A stretch of 64,000 nt of DNA from Oscillospiraceae bacterium (GCA_015064635.1 SVRV01000009.1:8282-72281), one strand, 5' to 3'; positions 47,310 through 57,274 are shown, counted from the first letter of the stretch. The notes: a model not told the origin generated them from the letters alone. Numbers and translations: made by a program.

Positions 47310-47522
47310 TTATTTGACTTGTTCACCATTTGACAAAACGAAGTATTGTTCATATCTCGCATCAAGTACTTTTGCGATTAGATTAAGTTCTTCTTGGGTA
47401 ACAGTATTCCGTTTAAGTTTTGCATTGAAATTTTGAGGGGTTTGGTTAATTCTTCGAGCAAGTTCAGATAAACTTATACCTGTTCTAACACATAAAACTC
47501 TTATTTGTTCAGAAGTAGTCAT
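47310..47522 (-). CDS. XRE-family HTH protein upstream of the methyltransferase
   Basis: 70 aa with HTH GISLSELARRINQTPQNFNAKLKR. Lies 14 nt upstream of the MTase start. Confidence 0.8.
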   Translation of the reverse strand: MTTSEQIRVLCVRTGISLSELARRINQTPQNFNAKLKRNTVTQEELNLIAKVLDARYEQYFVLSNGEQVK

Positions 47523-47730
47523 AAATAGCCTCCATAAACATTATCTAATTGATATTATAAATCATTTGTTTGATAATGTCAACTACAAATTGTGAATACA
47601 CAAAATAATCAACCAACTTCCTTTTCTGAGTATACAGTTATTAACAATTTCTGTGTCAATGAAACTTTTGATACAAGGGGGTACAAAATTCCTTATAGGG
47701 TGTGCATTTTATCAAAATTAGAGTTATTTC

Positions 47731-47878
47731 CCAACAAAAAGATACCCCATCGGGGTATTTTTTTGTTGGTTATATAATTGGGAAGGACTTGAACCTCATG
47801 GAGGGACAAAGCCTGCGTCAAGTCCTGTCAGGTGCACCACATAATAACCCCAACTTTGATAAAAAGTTGGGGTTATTG
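47731..47878. repeat. Island-flanking direct repeat, copy 2
   Basis: Contains terminator-like ATACCCCATCGGGGTAT, the tRNA 3'-end copy at 47819-47839, and hairpin ATAACCCCAACTT/AAGTTGGGGTTAT. Confidence 0.85.
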
Positions 47879-47931
47879 ATTGTATAAATCAGCAACAACT
47901 TGAACGTTTATGACATTTGTTTCAAAAACGT

Positions 47932-48978
47932 CTATTTTAATCTTATATAGTAAGTGGATTTTCCGACACCGTCGCGTTTAATTTCTCCTGCATTAATCAG
48001 CTTTCGCAATGATGCCTCAACGGAGCTTACACTTAACGACGGGCATAATTCACGTATATCCTGTTTCGTGAATTTTCCGATTTTGTTTTGAATGGCTTTT
48101 CTGACCATATCTACTGCAGGAAGCTTTTCTTCAATTATCGCAAATCTATCCTCAAAATCCTTGTATGCAGCAAGAATCGTACCGAGAACGTATTTAATAA
48201 ATGGTGTGACATCTTCGGTTCCTTCGTGCCAGCCGTTTTGGGAAGCACCAAGTGCATCATAATATAAATCCTTGTTTTTTGCAATTTTTGCTTCCAGTGA
48301 AATATATTTTCCTACATAAAAATTGTTGCGGTACAAAAGCAGTGTTGTAAGAAGTCTTGACATTCTTCCGTTGCCGTCATTAAAAGGATGTATACACAAA
48401 AAATCATGAATAAATAACGGTATTGCAATTAAAGGCTCCAGTTCAAAATTACCTATGACCTTATTATATTCTTCGCAGATTCTATCAAGAGCTTCGGGCG
48501 TTTCAAAGGGGGCAAGCGGAGTGAACAGTATTTCCGAATGACCGTCGGGATAGCTTGCACTTATATAGTTTTGAACGTTTTTTGTTTTGCCCGCCATAGG
48601 ATTATTCATGTGACTGTACATGATCTTATGAAGCTGCAGAATATAGTTTTGAGTTATCGGAATGGCATCAAAGCTTTCGTGAATGATATTTAACGCATCA
48701 CGGTATCCGGCGATTTCCTGCTCATCACGGTTACGAGGGGCGGTTTTTTCTTTGACAAGCTGTTTGATACGGGAGTTTGTTGTAGCAATTCCCTCGATGG
48801 CATTGGATGCCTCGGTGCTCTGTATTTTTGCGATTTCTACAAGCTTTTCAAGCTCTTCCGGTCTTTGCTTAAGGTATAATTCCTGCTTTCCTGCTTCTTT
48901 GTATATTGCGGCAATATATCCGAGAATTTCAGAATCCCATTTTTGCTGTCTTATCAGCGAATAATTAAATACTCTCAT
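47932..48978 (-). CDS. Fic-family protein (class II, internal inhibitory helix) with a C-terminal wHTH
   Basis: Fic motif HPFNDGNGRMSR and an N-terminal SNAIEG inhibitory motif. Confidence 0.9.
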   Translation of the reverse strand: MRVFNYSLIRQQKWDSEILGYIAAIYKEAGKQELYLKQRPEELEKLVEIAKIQSTEASNAIEGIATTNSRIKQLVKEKTAPRNRDEQEIAGYRDALNIIHESFDAIPITQNYILQLHKIMYSHMNNPMAGKTKNVQNYISASYPDGHSEILFTPLAPFETPEALDRICEEYNKVIGNFELEPLIAIPLFIHDFLCIHPFNDGNGRMSRLLTTLLLYRNNFYVGKYISLEAKIAKNKDLYYDALGASQNGWHEGTEDVTPFIKYVLGTILAAYKDFEDRFAIIEEKLPAVDMVRKAIQNKIGKFTKQDIRELCPSLSVSSVEASLRKLINAGEIKRDGVGKSTYYIRLK

Positions 48979-49161
48979 TCCCTTATTCCCTTTTCTTTCC
49001 CTTAAATCTTAACACAAATAAAGGTAAAAGTCAAGGAGATATTAAGATTACCCTTGTTTTTGTCGTGGATTTAAGGTTAAATACCGGTTTAATTGTTTGC
49101 AAAAAAACAATAAATATACATTTTTATATGATGTGCGAAAATTTTAGGTGCAGCATTTCTG

Positions 49162-51054
49162 TTACACCTTTTGTTTTGAATAATACCTTTCGATAAAGGA
49201 TTCACACTCTTCTGTGGGGAGGGGCTTTGAATAATACCACCCCTGGATGTAATCGCAGTCGGAGGATGACACGAGGGTATTTTGCTCCTCGGTTTCAACG
49301 CCCTCACAGATAACCTTGATGTTCAGGCTGTGAGCCAATGCGATAACGCCGGCAAACAGGTCTTTTCCTCTTGGCGTATCGCTTTTCAAAAGAACATCAC
49401 GGTCAATTTTCACAACGTCTATGGGATAGTCACAAAGATTGACAAGAGAGGTGTAGCCGCTTCCCAGGTCATCAAGATAAACCTTGAAGCCAAGCTCCTT
49501 GCAAAGCATAACGTTTTTCGTTGCGGTCTCTCTGTTCTTTTCCATTGCATCCTCGGTTATTTCGATTGCAAGCTTTGATTTATCGAAGTTGTAACCGTTT
49601 GAAATCATTGTCAGCTTATCAATGAAGGTATCCTCGGAGAGTGTAATTCTTGTGAAGTTGCAGGAAACGGAAATGTCACGGTATTCTGTATTGCTCCATT
49701 GCTCAAGCTGTCTGCATGCAAGAGAGAACATGTGAAAGTCGTGACGGCTTATAAGTCCTGCGTGTTCCATGCTTTCTATATACTTACCGGGCCCCATAAG
49801 TCCCTTTTCGGCGTTGTCCCATCTTGACAGAGCCTCTGCAGAGGTGATTTTTTTCGTTTTTCTGTCTACAACAAACTGCAGATACATCTTAAATTCGTTT
49901 TTGTCAAAGCCCTTTAAGATGCTTTCGGTAAGTTTCTTTTCCTCCTGAACCATATTCATCGAATGAATGTCACAAAATACGATTTGCTTATCGGTGCCGA
50001 AAATATTATTACAGTTTTTTCTCAGATTGAAAAGCAGAATCTCACAGTTTTTGTCGGAGGCGGAAAGATGATAAGCGGCGGCGTGAAATACCAGCTTATT
50101 GTTTTTCTCCTTCATGTTCTCAAAATCATTGAGCTTTTTCATTACCTCCTCAAGTCTTGCCTTGGCATCCTCGTTGCTTGTTGCCTGAAAAGCGAAGGCA
50201 AAGCCATTTTCGGTAATTCTTGCCGATATCTCTCTGTCACCTGTATATTCCGACAGAACAGAGGCGGTATACTTCAGTACTTCCTCAAAGGAGCTGTCTC
50301 CGTGGTATGAGCGAAGGTAGCTTATATCCAAGATGATATATGCGATGTGGTACAGACTTCTGGACATGTCGCCCAGAGTGTATCTGAAATGATACTTGAA
50401 AAATTGAAGATTTCCCATTCCCGTTTCGGCATCTGTCATTTTATCCACACGGATTTCTTCCTTCATACGCTTGATACGTCGGAGCAATCGAGTGATATAA
50501 ATGGCAAGAATTAAAAGGAGGAGAACACCTGCCAATATCCACCAAAAGCTTAAATTTGTTTCCTTTGAGGCGTAGGACAAAAGTATACCGTTTTTTTCTG
50601 TGACGGAAATTTTGTCGGCGGTCTCCTTTACCGTAGCTATCATATCGCTTTCGGCTATCTTTGTAAAGGCAATTCCGCATTTTATGCTTTTGCCGTCTTC
50701 GGTGTAGGAAAGGAGCTCAAAATAGTCTGATGCATAGGCTTCATCTCCCTTCGCCGACGATATAATGTCAGCTTGAAGGTTCTTGCCCAAGGTCTCGCGA
50801 CTTTCTTTATTTCCGTTTATATAAACAAAGTTTATGCCGGAGCTTGCAGAGATTTTCTCGAGCATGTCGGGGATAACTCCCTTGTAGCAGTCGGCGTCAT
50901 CGTCGTAGTACTCAATCGGATAATTGTCGGGGTTTCCCGCAACGTACACATAGTCTGCATATCCTTCGGTTTTTTCGGTGGTTATAACCTTTGCAAAGGC
51001 GGTTTGTGCAAAAAATGCAAACAGAACCGCAAAAAGCAAAATAATCTTTTTCAT
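49162..51054 (-). CDS. Sensor protein: signal peptide/SBP-like domain - TM - degenerate GGDEF - EAL phosphodiesterase
   Basis: EALSRW, EITED, DDLGSGYTSL, KIDRD and EGVETEEQ are present. The GGDEF position reads ENGFA. Confidence 0.88.
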   Translation of the reverse strand: MKKIILLFAVLFAFFAQTAFAKVITTEKTEGYADYVYVAGNPDNYPIEYYDDDADCYKGVIPDMLEKISASSGINFVYINGNKESRETLGKNLQADIISSAKGDEAYASDYFELLSYTEDGKSIKCGIAFTKIAESDMIATVKETADKISVTEKNGILLSYASKETNLSFWWILAGVLLLLILAIYITRLLRRIKRMKEEIRVDKMTDAETGMGNLQFFKYHFRYTLGDMSRSLYHIAYIILDISYLRSYHGDSSFEEVLKYTASVLSEYTGDREISARITENGFAFAFQATSNEDAKARLEEVMKKLNDFENMKEKNNKLVFHAAAYHLSASDKNCEILLFNLRKNCNNIFGTDKQIVFCDIHSMNMVQEEKKLTESILKGFDKNEFKMYLQFVVDRKTKKITSAEALSRWDNAEKGLMGPGKYIESMEHAGLISRHDFHMFSLACRQLEQWSNTEYRDISVSCNFTRITLSEDTFIDKLTMISNGYNFDKSKLAIEITEDAMEKNRETATKNVMLCKELGFKVYLDDLGSGYTSLVNLCDYPIDVVKIDRDVLLKSDTPRGKDLFAGVIALAHSLNIKVICEGVETEEQNTLVSSSDCDYIQGWYYSKPLPTEECESFIERYYSKQKV

Positions 51055-51069
51055 TTTTGCAAAACCTCC

Positions 51070-52473
51070 TTAGATGTTCATTTTCTTTCTCTCTATGCGT
51101 CCCCAGTCAAGCTTTTTCTTTTTATATCCCTTAAAGGCTGTGAGACGGACGAAAGCCATAATAAATCTTAAAGTTGTAACCTCAAAAAAGCAAAGCATAA
51201 TCGCTTTCAGGCAATCCATGGGTTTAATGGTCAGGTCAATTGTCTGTATTCTTGAAAAGAATGCGGTCAGAGTCAAAATTGAGTTGTAGCCTGCGTAGAC
51301 CAACAGGAATAAAAGCATAAAGGGCAGATTCAAAAGACCGATAAAATATGCCGCAACCATTGTGAATACGCCGAACACCTCTATAAAGGGGGAGAGCAGC
51401 TCGTAAAGAAGGAAATACATATACGAAATAAAGCCGACGGGGCCGTATTTTGGATTTGCCATCATTTCACGGTGCTTCCACAAGGTCTGGAAAAGTCCCA
51501 AATGCCAACGCTTTCTCTGCTTTTTCAGGTCACGGAGCTTTTCGGGTACCTGTGTCCAGCAGACAGCATCGGTTGCGTATTTGATAGAGTAGGGAATATT
51601 GTTTGTAAGACAGTAGGAATGAAGCTTTACCACAAGCTCCATATCCTCTCCCATTGTTCCGTGGTCATATCCTCCTGCCGCAATAACGGTTTCCTTTTTA
51701 AACATACCGAAAGCACCCGATATGATAAGAGAGCCGTTGAATTTATCAAAGAGAATTCGTGATGCAAGGAAGGAACGGTCATATTCTAAAAGCTGCATAC
51801 AAGCAAGAATGTTATTCGGAAGCTGGTATCTCTTTACCTTGCCCTCAAAAAGCTCAACGTCATTGGAGGGTCTTACCGTTCCGCCTACCGCTACAATATT
51901 TCCTTCCTCCAGAACGGGTACGACCAGCTTGCGGAGGGAATCGTACTGCAGAACCGAGTCTGCATCCATGCAGATGAAGTAGGGGTATTGAGAAGCGTTG
52001 ATTCCCATATTGAGGGCGTCCGCCTTACCGCCGTTTTTCTTTCTTATAAGAGTAAGGGGAACCTTTTGCTCGTGGGATTCGTAAATGAATTCCTCGGGCT
52101 GACATTCAATGCTTCTGTGGAGGGGACGTCTCACGGGGTGCATGTTGTATGCATCAATGAGCTGCTTTGAGGTGGTGTCCTTGGAGCCGTCATCAACTAC
52201 CACAATTTCATAAAGCTTATAGTCGAGAGTTAGCAGTGATTTGACCGTCTGTACAACGGTTACTTCTTCGTTATAGGCGGGAACAACGATTGAAATCGGT
52301 ATGAAATAGTTCTCGGTGAACTTATTCATAAGTCGGTCTTGCATTTTCTTTTTGTAAAGAGTGGTTGCGCCGATTATTACCGACAAAAACAGAAAAACAG
52401 AATAGCCTATAAGATATATAACGAAGCCTATACTTATAATGTCGAAGATAAGCTTTAAGGTTTCCATTTCCAT
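51070..52473 (-). CDS. Processive family-2 glycosyltransferase (PgaC/IcaA/BcsA-like polysaccharide synthase)
   Basis: VVDDGSKDTT, CMDADS and QRKRW motifs, with N- and C-terminal TM helices. Confidence 0.88.
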   Translation of the reverse strand: MEMETLKLIFDIISIGFVIYLIGYSVFLFLSVIIGATTLYKKKMQDRLMNKFTENYFIPISIVVPAYNEEVTVVQTVKSLLTLDYKLYEIVVVDDGSKDTTSKQLIDAYNMHPVRRPLHRSIECQPEEFIYESHEQKVPLTLIRKKNGGKADALNMGINASQYPYFICMDADSVLQYDSLRKLVVPVLEEGNIVAVGGTVRPSNDVELFEGKVKRYQLPNNILACMQLLEYDRSFLASRILFDKFNGSLIISGAFGMFKKETVIAAGGYDHGTMGEDMELVVKLHSYCLTNNIPYSIKYATDAVCWTQVPEKLRDLKKQRKRWHLGLFQTLWKHREMMANPKYGPVGFISYMYFLLYELLSPFIEVFGVFTMVAAYFIGLLNLPFMLLFLLVYAGYNSILTLTAFFSRIQTIDLTIKPMDCLKAIMLCFFEVTTLRFIMAFVRLTAFKGYKKKKLDWGRIERKKMNI

Positions 52474-53579
52474 TATACCTTCACAGCCTCCTTTTCCGCT
52501 TTTCTTCTGTCCAGATGATAACGCATCATTTCCTTTGCGTATCTGTCGTCACCGTCGAAAACGTTTATCAAATCATGGTATGTATAACCTAACTTCTCGC
52601 AGGAAATTGCACTGTTTTGACGGACATGCCAGTTGGAGTTTGAAAGGTTTTGAACCAAAATTCTGAAGGTTTTGTCATCGGGATAGGATTTTAAAGCCGA
52701 TGTGGAAATTGCCTGATATTCCCAGGTTCTTTCCTCGAGATTCTCCGCAAGATTTTGTAAAATTTCTCTCGCATCCTCGCTTGGGAATTTTTCAAAGTAT
52801 CTTATCGCGGAAAATCTGATTTCTTTGTCTTCCTTTTCGTTTTTGAGAAATTCCAGCATTTCTCTGTCACAGCGGACGTTTCCGAATCTGAAGTAGTTTA
52901 AAATGTTGACTCTCATCTGTACGGAAAAATCGCCGAAGGCACCAAGCAGAGCATCCTTCAGAGCGCTTTTGTCACCCTTGTAGTTCAAAAGCCCGTCGCA
53001 TATGAGCTTCGGGTGGTGGAAGGATAAAATTTTGTCGATTATTTTCAATGCCTGAAGTGTAATTTCGGGAGAGCCCATGCTGTAAAGTGCCTTTATTGTG
53101 TTTTCACGGCAATAAACGTTGGGAGACCGTAAAAGATCAAACAATATGTCTGTAAGCTCACGGCTTTTATACTCTTTTAAGATGTTGTACTTGTGTAATA
53201 TGTAGGGGAAATATGCGATTTTCAAGGTGTCCTTGGTTATGTAGCGGTGTGTGAGATATTCAAATACCGAAAAGGTTTCAAAAAGATACTTGTCCACCGC
53301 TTTCGGGTCTGTTTCGTATATTTTCTCCAGCGCCTTGTCAAAGGCAGTGATGCCTGCGGTTTTGTCAAGCTTCTTTTTAAGAAACTTCTTGTGATTTTCG
53401 TCAACCTCTTTGCCTCTTTTGATTCGCTTTATTTGTTTGTTTATTATATCCTCAAGCTTTTTGGAATTGGAGGAGAGCGCCTTTTCTCTGTGTCTCAAAA
53501 TGAAAATGTATACGATGTTATATGCAATCATGCTCACGCATACGGCAATAAAAACATAAATCATCATTTCAATGTTCAT
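52473..53579 (-). CDS. TM-anchored HEAT-like repeat protein
   Basis: ATG at 53579 in an ATGA overlap with the upstream gene. N-terminal TM helix and repeated helical units (NVYCRENTIKAL..., NWHVRQNSAISC...). Confidence 0.65.
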   Translation of the reverse strand: MNIEMMIYVFIAVCVSMIAYNIVYIFILRHREKALSSNSKKLEDIINKQIKRIKRGKEVDENHKKFLKKKLDKTAGITAFDKALEKIYETDPKAVDKYLFETFSVFEYLTHRYITKDTLKIAYFPYILHKYNILKEYKSRELTDILFDLLRSPNVYCRENTIKALYSMGSPEITLQALKIIDKILSFHHPKLICDGLLNYKGDKSALKDALLGAFGDFSVQMRVNILNYFRFGNVRCDREMLEFLKNEKEDKEIRFSAIRYFEKFPSEDAREILQNLAENLEERTWEYQAISTSALKSYPDDKTFRILVQNLSNSNWHVRQNSAISCEKLGYTYHDLINVFDGDDRYAKEMMRYHLDRRKAEKEAVKV

Positions 53580-55753
53580 TTTATTTTTTCCTCCTTCCAC
53601 AGATTTTGCATTATATAATATGAGCTTTTAAGTCTCTCGTGATAGGTTACTTTATTTCCCCAGCCGTCAAGCTCAATTTCGCCAAGCTTTATTCTTTCGC
53701 TTCCGCTTCCTATACCCGCATACATTTCGTCAATGCTGATATACTCAATGCCGTAATTTCCGTCATAATAATCGTCGTGTACATGCATTTTTGACGGGTC
53801 TGCAAAGTTCATAAGCTGCCAGGGAAGCTTGATTTCCACGTAGTCTCCGCTTGCACAAAAATCTGCAAGGGAATTGAAGTCGGGACTTTTGGGGTTTGCG
53901 TTTCCGTAAAGAAGCTTACCCGTTTCATAGCTTTCTGCAACAGTGTCCTTTGTTTCGGGTGAAAGGGCAACGGCTGTACGGAGAATAAGCTCAACGGTTA
54001 CAAAAAGGGGAGAATTTTTTTCGGGAATGTTCTTTTTCAAATACGTGTCGAATTTATAAATATCCTGCGAATAGGTGGAGCGGAGTGCGTCGTAACGCTC
54101 CTGAACCATAATTCTGCTGTTATCTTTTCCGTTTAATACAATTACAAAATCCGCATCTCTGTCGAATTTAACGTCAAAGTTCTCACAGTAATTGCTTCCG
54201 CTTTTCGGCGCTATATCAAGGGGTATGTACAGCGTATCCTTTTCAAAGTCGAGTCCCTTTTTCTTTACGAGGAAGTACATAAACCTTTCGTCATATTTCA
54301 CCGAAAGCTCATGTGTGCCCGATATTATTTTGTCTTCCGCCTTCCACTCGGACACATCTCCGTCAACGTAGCATACGGATTCCTTTTCTCCGGGGTCAAA
54401 GGACAAAAGACCAAAGTACTGCTCATTTGTCTGATAGTCAGACCAATATGCCGTTCTGGAAAGGTTTACCGAGTGCATGGTGTTCCAGGTACGCTTGAAC
54501 CATTCGTCCTGCCAGGTGAATACACAGCCGCCGTTACAGCCGGTCGCCTTTATATCCGCCCAACATTCAATGAGCGCCTGTCCCTGAGCGCCCTCTGAGG
54601 TGTTACCCTGATTACGCCCCGTGTCCTTGTCAACCTGCGCCATACCTCTGCCGGTGGATACGCCGAATTCCGAAATTACAACGGGCATTGTGTGATGGTT
54701 GTTGAGCATCTGCAAATATGCTCTGTATGCGTTGACTCTGCCTTGCTCGTCACGGAAGGCCTCTTTTGATTCTATTCCGAATACAGACCAATCCTCGGCA
54801 AAGCTAAGATAGTAGGGATAGTAGGGATAAACGTGGTAGGAGGCAAACTGACCCGGAATAAAAGCGGCGGTCGTTTTTATGTGTTCGGTATCAACACGGG
54901 CACATTTAAGGAAGAAATCCTTGATAATTTTGGGATATTCAAAGGGATCGGTGGTAGGCCAGTTGGAAAAGGCAACAAGTCTTTGTGTGTTGTAACGCTG
55001 GGTTTCGTATTCAATCATTTTGTCGCCAACCATGGTCAGCATTGTTTCAAAGGGGGAGGCATCCTCCGAGGTGTACATATATTTCCCCTTGTAAGAGGAA
55101 TATCCCTCTTTATCTTTATACAAATCGTCTGTATATGCAACGGTGGAGTCATCCCATTCAACACCTACAATGTAGCCGATAACCCATTTTGAGATATCTT
55201 TTTTGTAAGAGCCGTGTCCCGCACTGGCAACACGTCCTATATTGAGCTTTCTCTTTCCGTGAATAACGTCAACCGTTATTTTGGAGTTTTCCAGGAAGGT
55301 GTCATAAAACTCATCGTCGTAGGCGTCTCTGTGCGAGTTGAGTACGTAATCGTTTACCCAAACGCCGTGAAGCAAATAAAGGGGGGTGGGATTGTTTATA
55401 TTATAATCGTAAAAGGCGTTGTAAAAGGTGTCGTTTTGTATGGTGTAAATACGTATGGTGTTTGCGCCCATCTCCTGAATGTACCCAAACCATCTGAGAT
55501 AGGTTTCTTCGTCTGCGGCAAAGGAGGTTGCCCATTCGCCCGGGATGCCCGAGCCCATATTTACTCCCTTTATTTCAAAAGGCTGAAATTCTTCGCCTTT
55601 TTTCATATATATTTCTTCGCCTTCTACCTTCATGAAGTATTCCGTCGGCTTTTCGTCACCGAAATCCAGGTAAAAGCCTTCATAAAAATGAAGCCAGTCA
55701 AATACAAGGAGTACAAGTATAACAGATACTACTACAATCAGAAATTTTTTCAA
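53576..55753 (-). CDS. TM-anchored TIM-barrel glycosidase-like protein
   Basis: N-terminal TM helix. GANTIRIY...NDTFY and VISEFGVSTGRG resemble clan GH-A acid/base and nucleophile regions. 725 aa. Confidence 0.6.
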   Translation of the reverse strand: MKKFLIVVVSVILVLLVFDWLHFYEGFYLDFGDEKPTEYFMKVEGEEIYMKKGEEFQPFEIKGVNMGSGIPGEWATSFAADEETYLRWFGYIQEMGANTIRIYTIQNDTFYNAFYDYNINNPTPLYLLHGVWVNDYVLNSHRDAYDDEFYDTFLENSKITVDVIHGKRKLNIGRVASAGHGSYKKDISKWVIGYIVGVEWDDSTVAYTDDLYKDKEGYSSYKGKYMYTSEDASPFETMLTMVGDKMIEYETQRYNTQRLVAFSNWPTTDPFEYPKIIKDFFLKCARVDTEHIKTTAAFIPGQFASYHVYPYYPYYLSFAEDWSVFGIESKEAFRDEQGRVNAYRAYLQMLNNHHTMPVVISEFGVSTGRGMAQVDKDTGRNQGNTSEGAQGQALIECWADIKATGCNGGCVFTWQDEWFKRTWNTMHSVNLSRTAYWSDYQTNEQYFGLLSFDPGEKESVCYVDGDVSEWKAEDKIISGTHELSVKYDERFMYFLVKKKGLDFEKDTLYIPLDIAPKSGSNYCENFDVKFDRDADFVIVLNGKDNSRIMVQERYDALRSTYSQDIYKFDTYLKKNIPEKNSPLFVTVELILRTAVALSPETKDTVAESYETGKLLYGNANPKSPDFNSLADFCASGDYVEIKLPWQLMNFADPSKMHVHDDYYDGNYGIEYISIDEMYAGIGSGSERIKLGEIELDGWGNKVTYHERLKSSYYIMQNLWKEEKIK

Positions 55754-55773
55754 AACCTGTACCTCCTTTTTTC

Positions 55774-57255
55774 TTAATCAGATACTTCGTTATATTTTTT
55801 GGTTTTTGATTCTGCGCTGTGCTGTCTTAATGTTTCTATATTTTCATCCAGAAAGGCAAGTCGCTTTGCAAGGAAATCCTTCAGCTGTGAAATTGCTTCC
55901 TCATAGCTTCTGGGGTTTCTCTCGGTGGGATGAAGCAGGTCATAATCCTTTTCAAAGGTGTGACCCCATTTGTCATAGTTTCGGTCAACAGCCTCTCCCA
56001 AATACTCAACCGTGTCGTCAATAAAGCCGTAAAGGTATTCGTCGCTGAAAACTGTTTCTCTCAGCTCATAGTATCTCTCGATTACTCTTTCGGTGAAGTC
56101 CGAATCCTTAAAGAGCATTTGAAACCAGATACAGTTGTTTACAGAAAAGCTGTCCGTTGGCATTGCCTGCTCCTGATAGGCATCGCAGGCGGAATTGAAG
56201 TCCCACACGCACATTTTGTATTTTCCCGAGGTGTCCTTGTAAACATAGGTAGAAAGTGAGCCTGCGTCATAATTGCAGGTAAGCTCGTTTATAAGGAAGA
56301 AATCCACAAAGGAATCTACGTCAATGTAGGTTTTATAGCCGTATTTTACGTTGTTGTAATCATATGAATAAAGAGCTTTTTCAAATTGAGAAAACTCGTT
56401 TTTGATAGCTTCCTTCAGCTCGGGCGTCATATTTTTTGAGCCGGGATATACAAGCTCGTGCTGTGTTTTTGCTCTGGTAGTGTAGTTTGTAAAGGGATAA
56501 AGCTTGTTTTCCTCTTCCGTATCTCCCCAGTCAAGCCTCAGGGCATATCCCGAGAAGGAGTTGTCCTTTTTGTTCACCGCAAGACTGAGTCTTGCTCCTT
56601 CTTTTCCTGCGGTAATCGTTTCGAGAGCAAGGTAGAGACCTCTGTATTCACCGTTTATGTACAGCTCGGTAAAACGCACATTGGGGCTGTACTCCATTAT
56701 TTCTCCCGCAATGTTATACCACATATAGTTGCGGATGAGGGTTTTGTCAAGGAAAGGGCCGTGAAGAGCCCACTCGTGATGGGCGTCCATACCGAGAAAG
56801 CCTTGCTCGTTGTTTGTGCCGTCGGCATTTGTAAATCTTATAAAATAATTTGCTTTGTCAAATCTTCTTGATGAATGACCTCTGACTCTTATTTGAGCCT
56901 CGCCCATATCAAGAGCGGTATCTGTGGGGTGATTGTAGGCTTTCTCATTATTTACAACCTTTACGGTTGCTTTGACGGTGGTGGTTCCGTCCTCGGCAAG
57001 AGTGTAGTCGATAACGTTGTAATCTTCATCGTATATGGGTTTTCCCGGAATCTCCACACCGTTTGTATCAATACTTACAATGGGTAAATGTGTGCAAAGC
57101 ACTTCTTCTGTATGTGACTCGCAGGGCACTTTTTCCTCTGCCGAAATGTGCTCAATGTACCTTTTGCCGTTATCTGTGGGGTGACTTTGACTTATAAAGA
57201 TTATCGCAATCAGCGTAAGGGCGAGTGCGGATAATCCTATTAACTTGTACTTCAA
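55774..57255 (-). CDS. CotH-family protein (atypical kinase fold)
   Basis: N-terminal TM helix. Central region LIRNYMWYNIAGEIMEYSPNVRFTELYINGEYRGLYLALE is typical of CotH. Confidence 0.82.
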   Translation of the reverse strand: MKYKLIGLSALALTLIAIIFISQSHPTDNGKRYIEHISAEEKVPCESHTEEVLCTHLPIVSIDTNGVEIPGKPIYDEDYNVIDYTLAEDGTTTVKATVKVVNNEKAYNHPTDTALDMGEAQIRVRGHSSRRFDKANYFIRFTNADGTNNEQGFLGMDAHHEWALHGPFLDKTLIRNYMWYNIAGEIMEYSPNVRFTELYINGEYRGLYLALETITAGKEGARLSLAVNKKDNSFSGYALRLDWGDTEEENKLYPFTNYTTRAKTQHELVYPGSKNMTPELKEAIKNEFSQFEKALYSYDYNNVKYGYKTYIDVDSFVDFFLINELTCNYDAGSLSTYVYKDTSGKYKMCVWDFNSACDAYQEQAMPTDSFSVNNCIWFQMLFKDSDFTERVIERYYELRETVFSDEYLYGFIDDTVEYLGEAVDRNYDKWGHTFEKDYDLLHPTERNPRSYEEAISQLKDFLAKRLAFLDENIETLRQHSAESKTKKYNEVSD

Positions 57256-57274
57256 CCCTTTCGCCTCCCGAAAA

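Larger units (their letters stand above)
44607..47878. mobile_element. Integrase-less genomic islet at tRNA-Leu carrying a type II R-M system
   Basis: ~150-bp direct repeats, each ending in a 21-nt copy of the tRNA 3' end, bracket about 2.9 kb encoding a C protein, nuclease candidates, an MTase and an HTH protein. Confidence 0.6.

Noticed and set aside
48979-49161. Short inverted repeats in the Fic/EAL spacer (CCTTAAATC at 49000-49008 with GATTTAAGG at 49068-49076; AATCTTAA with TTAAGATT).
   Set aside because: They are only 8-9 bp long in AT-rich DNA and could arise by chance. No supporting context was found.
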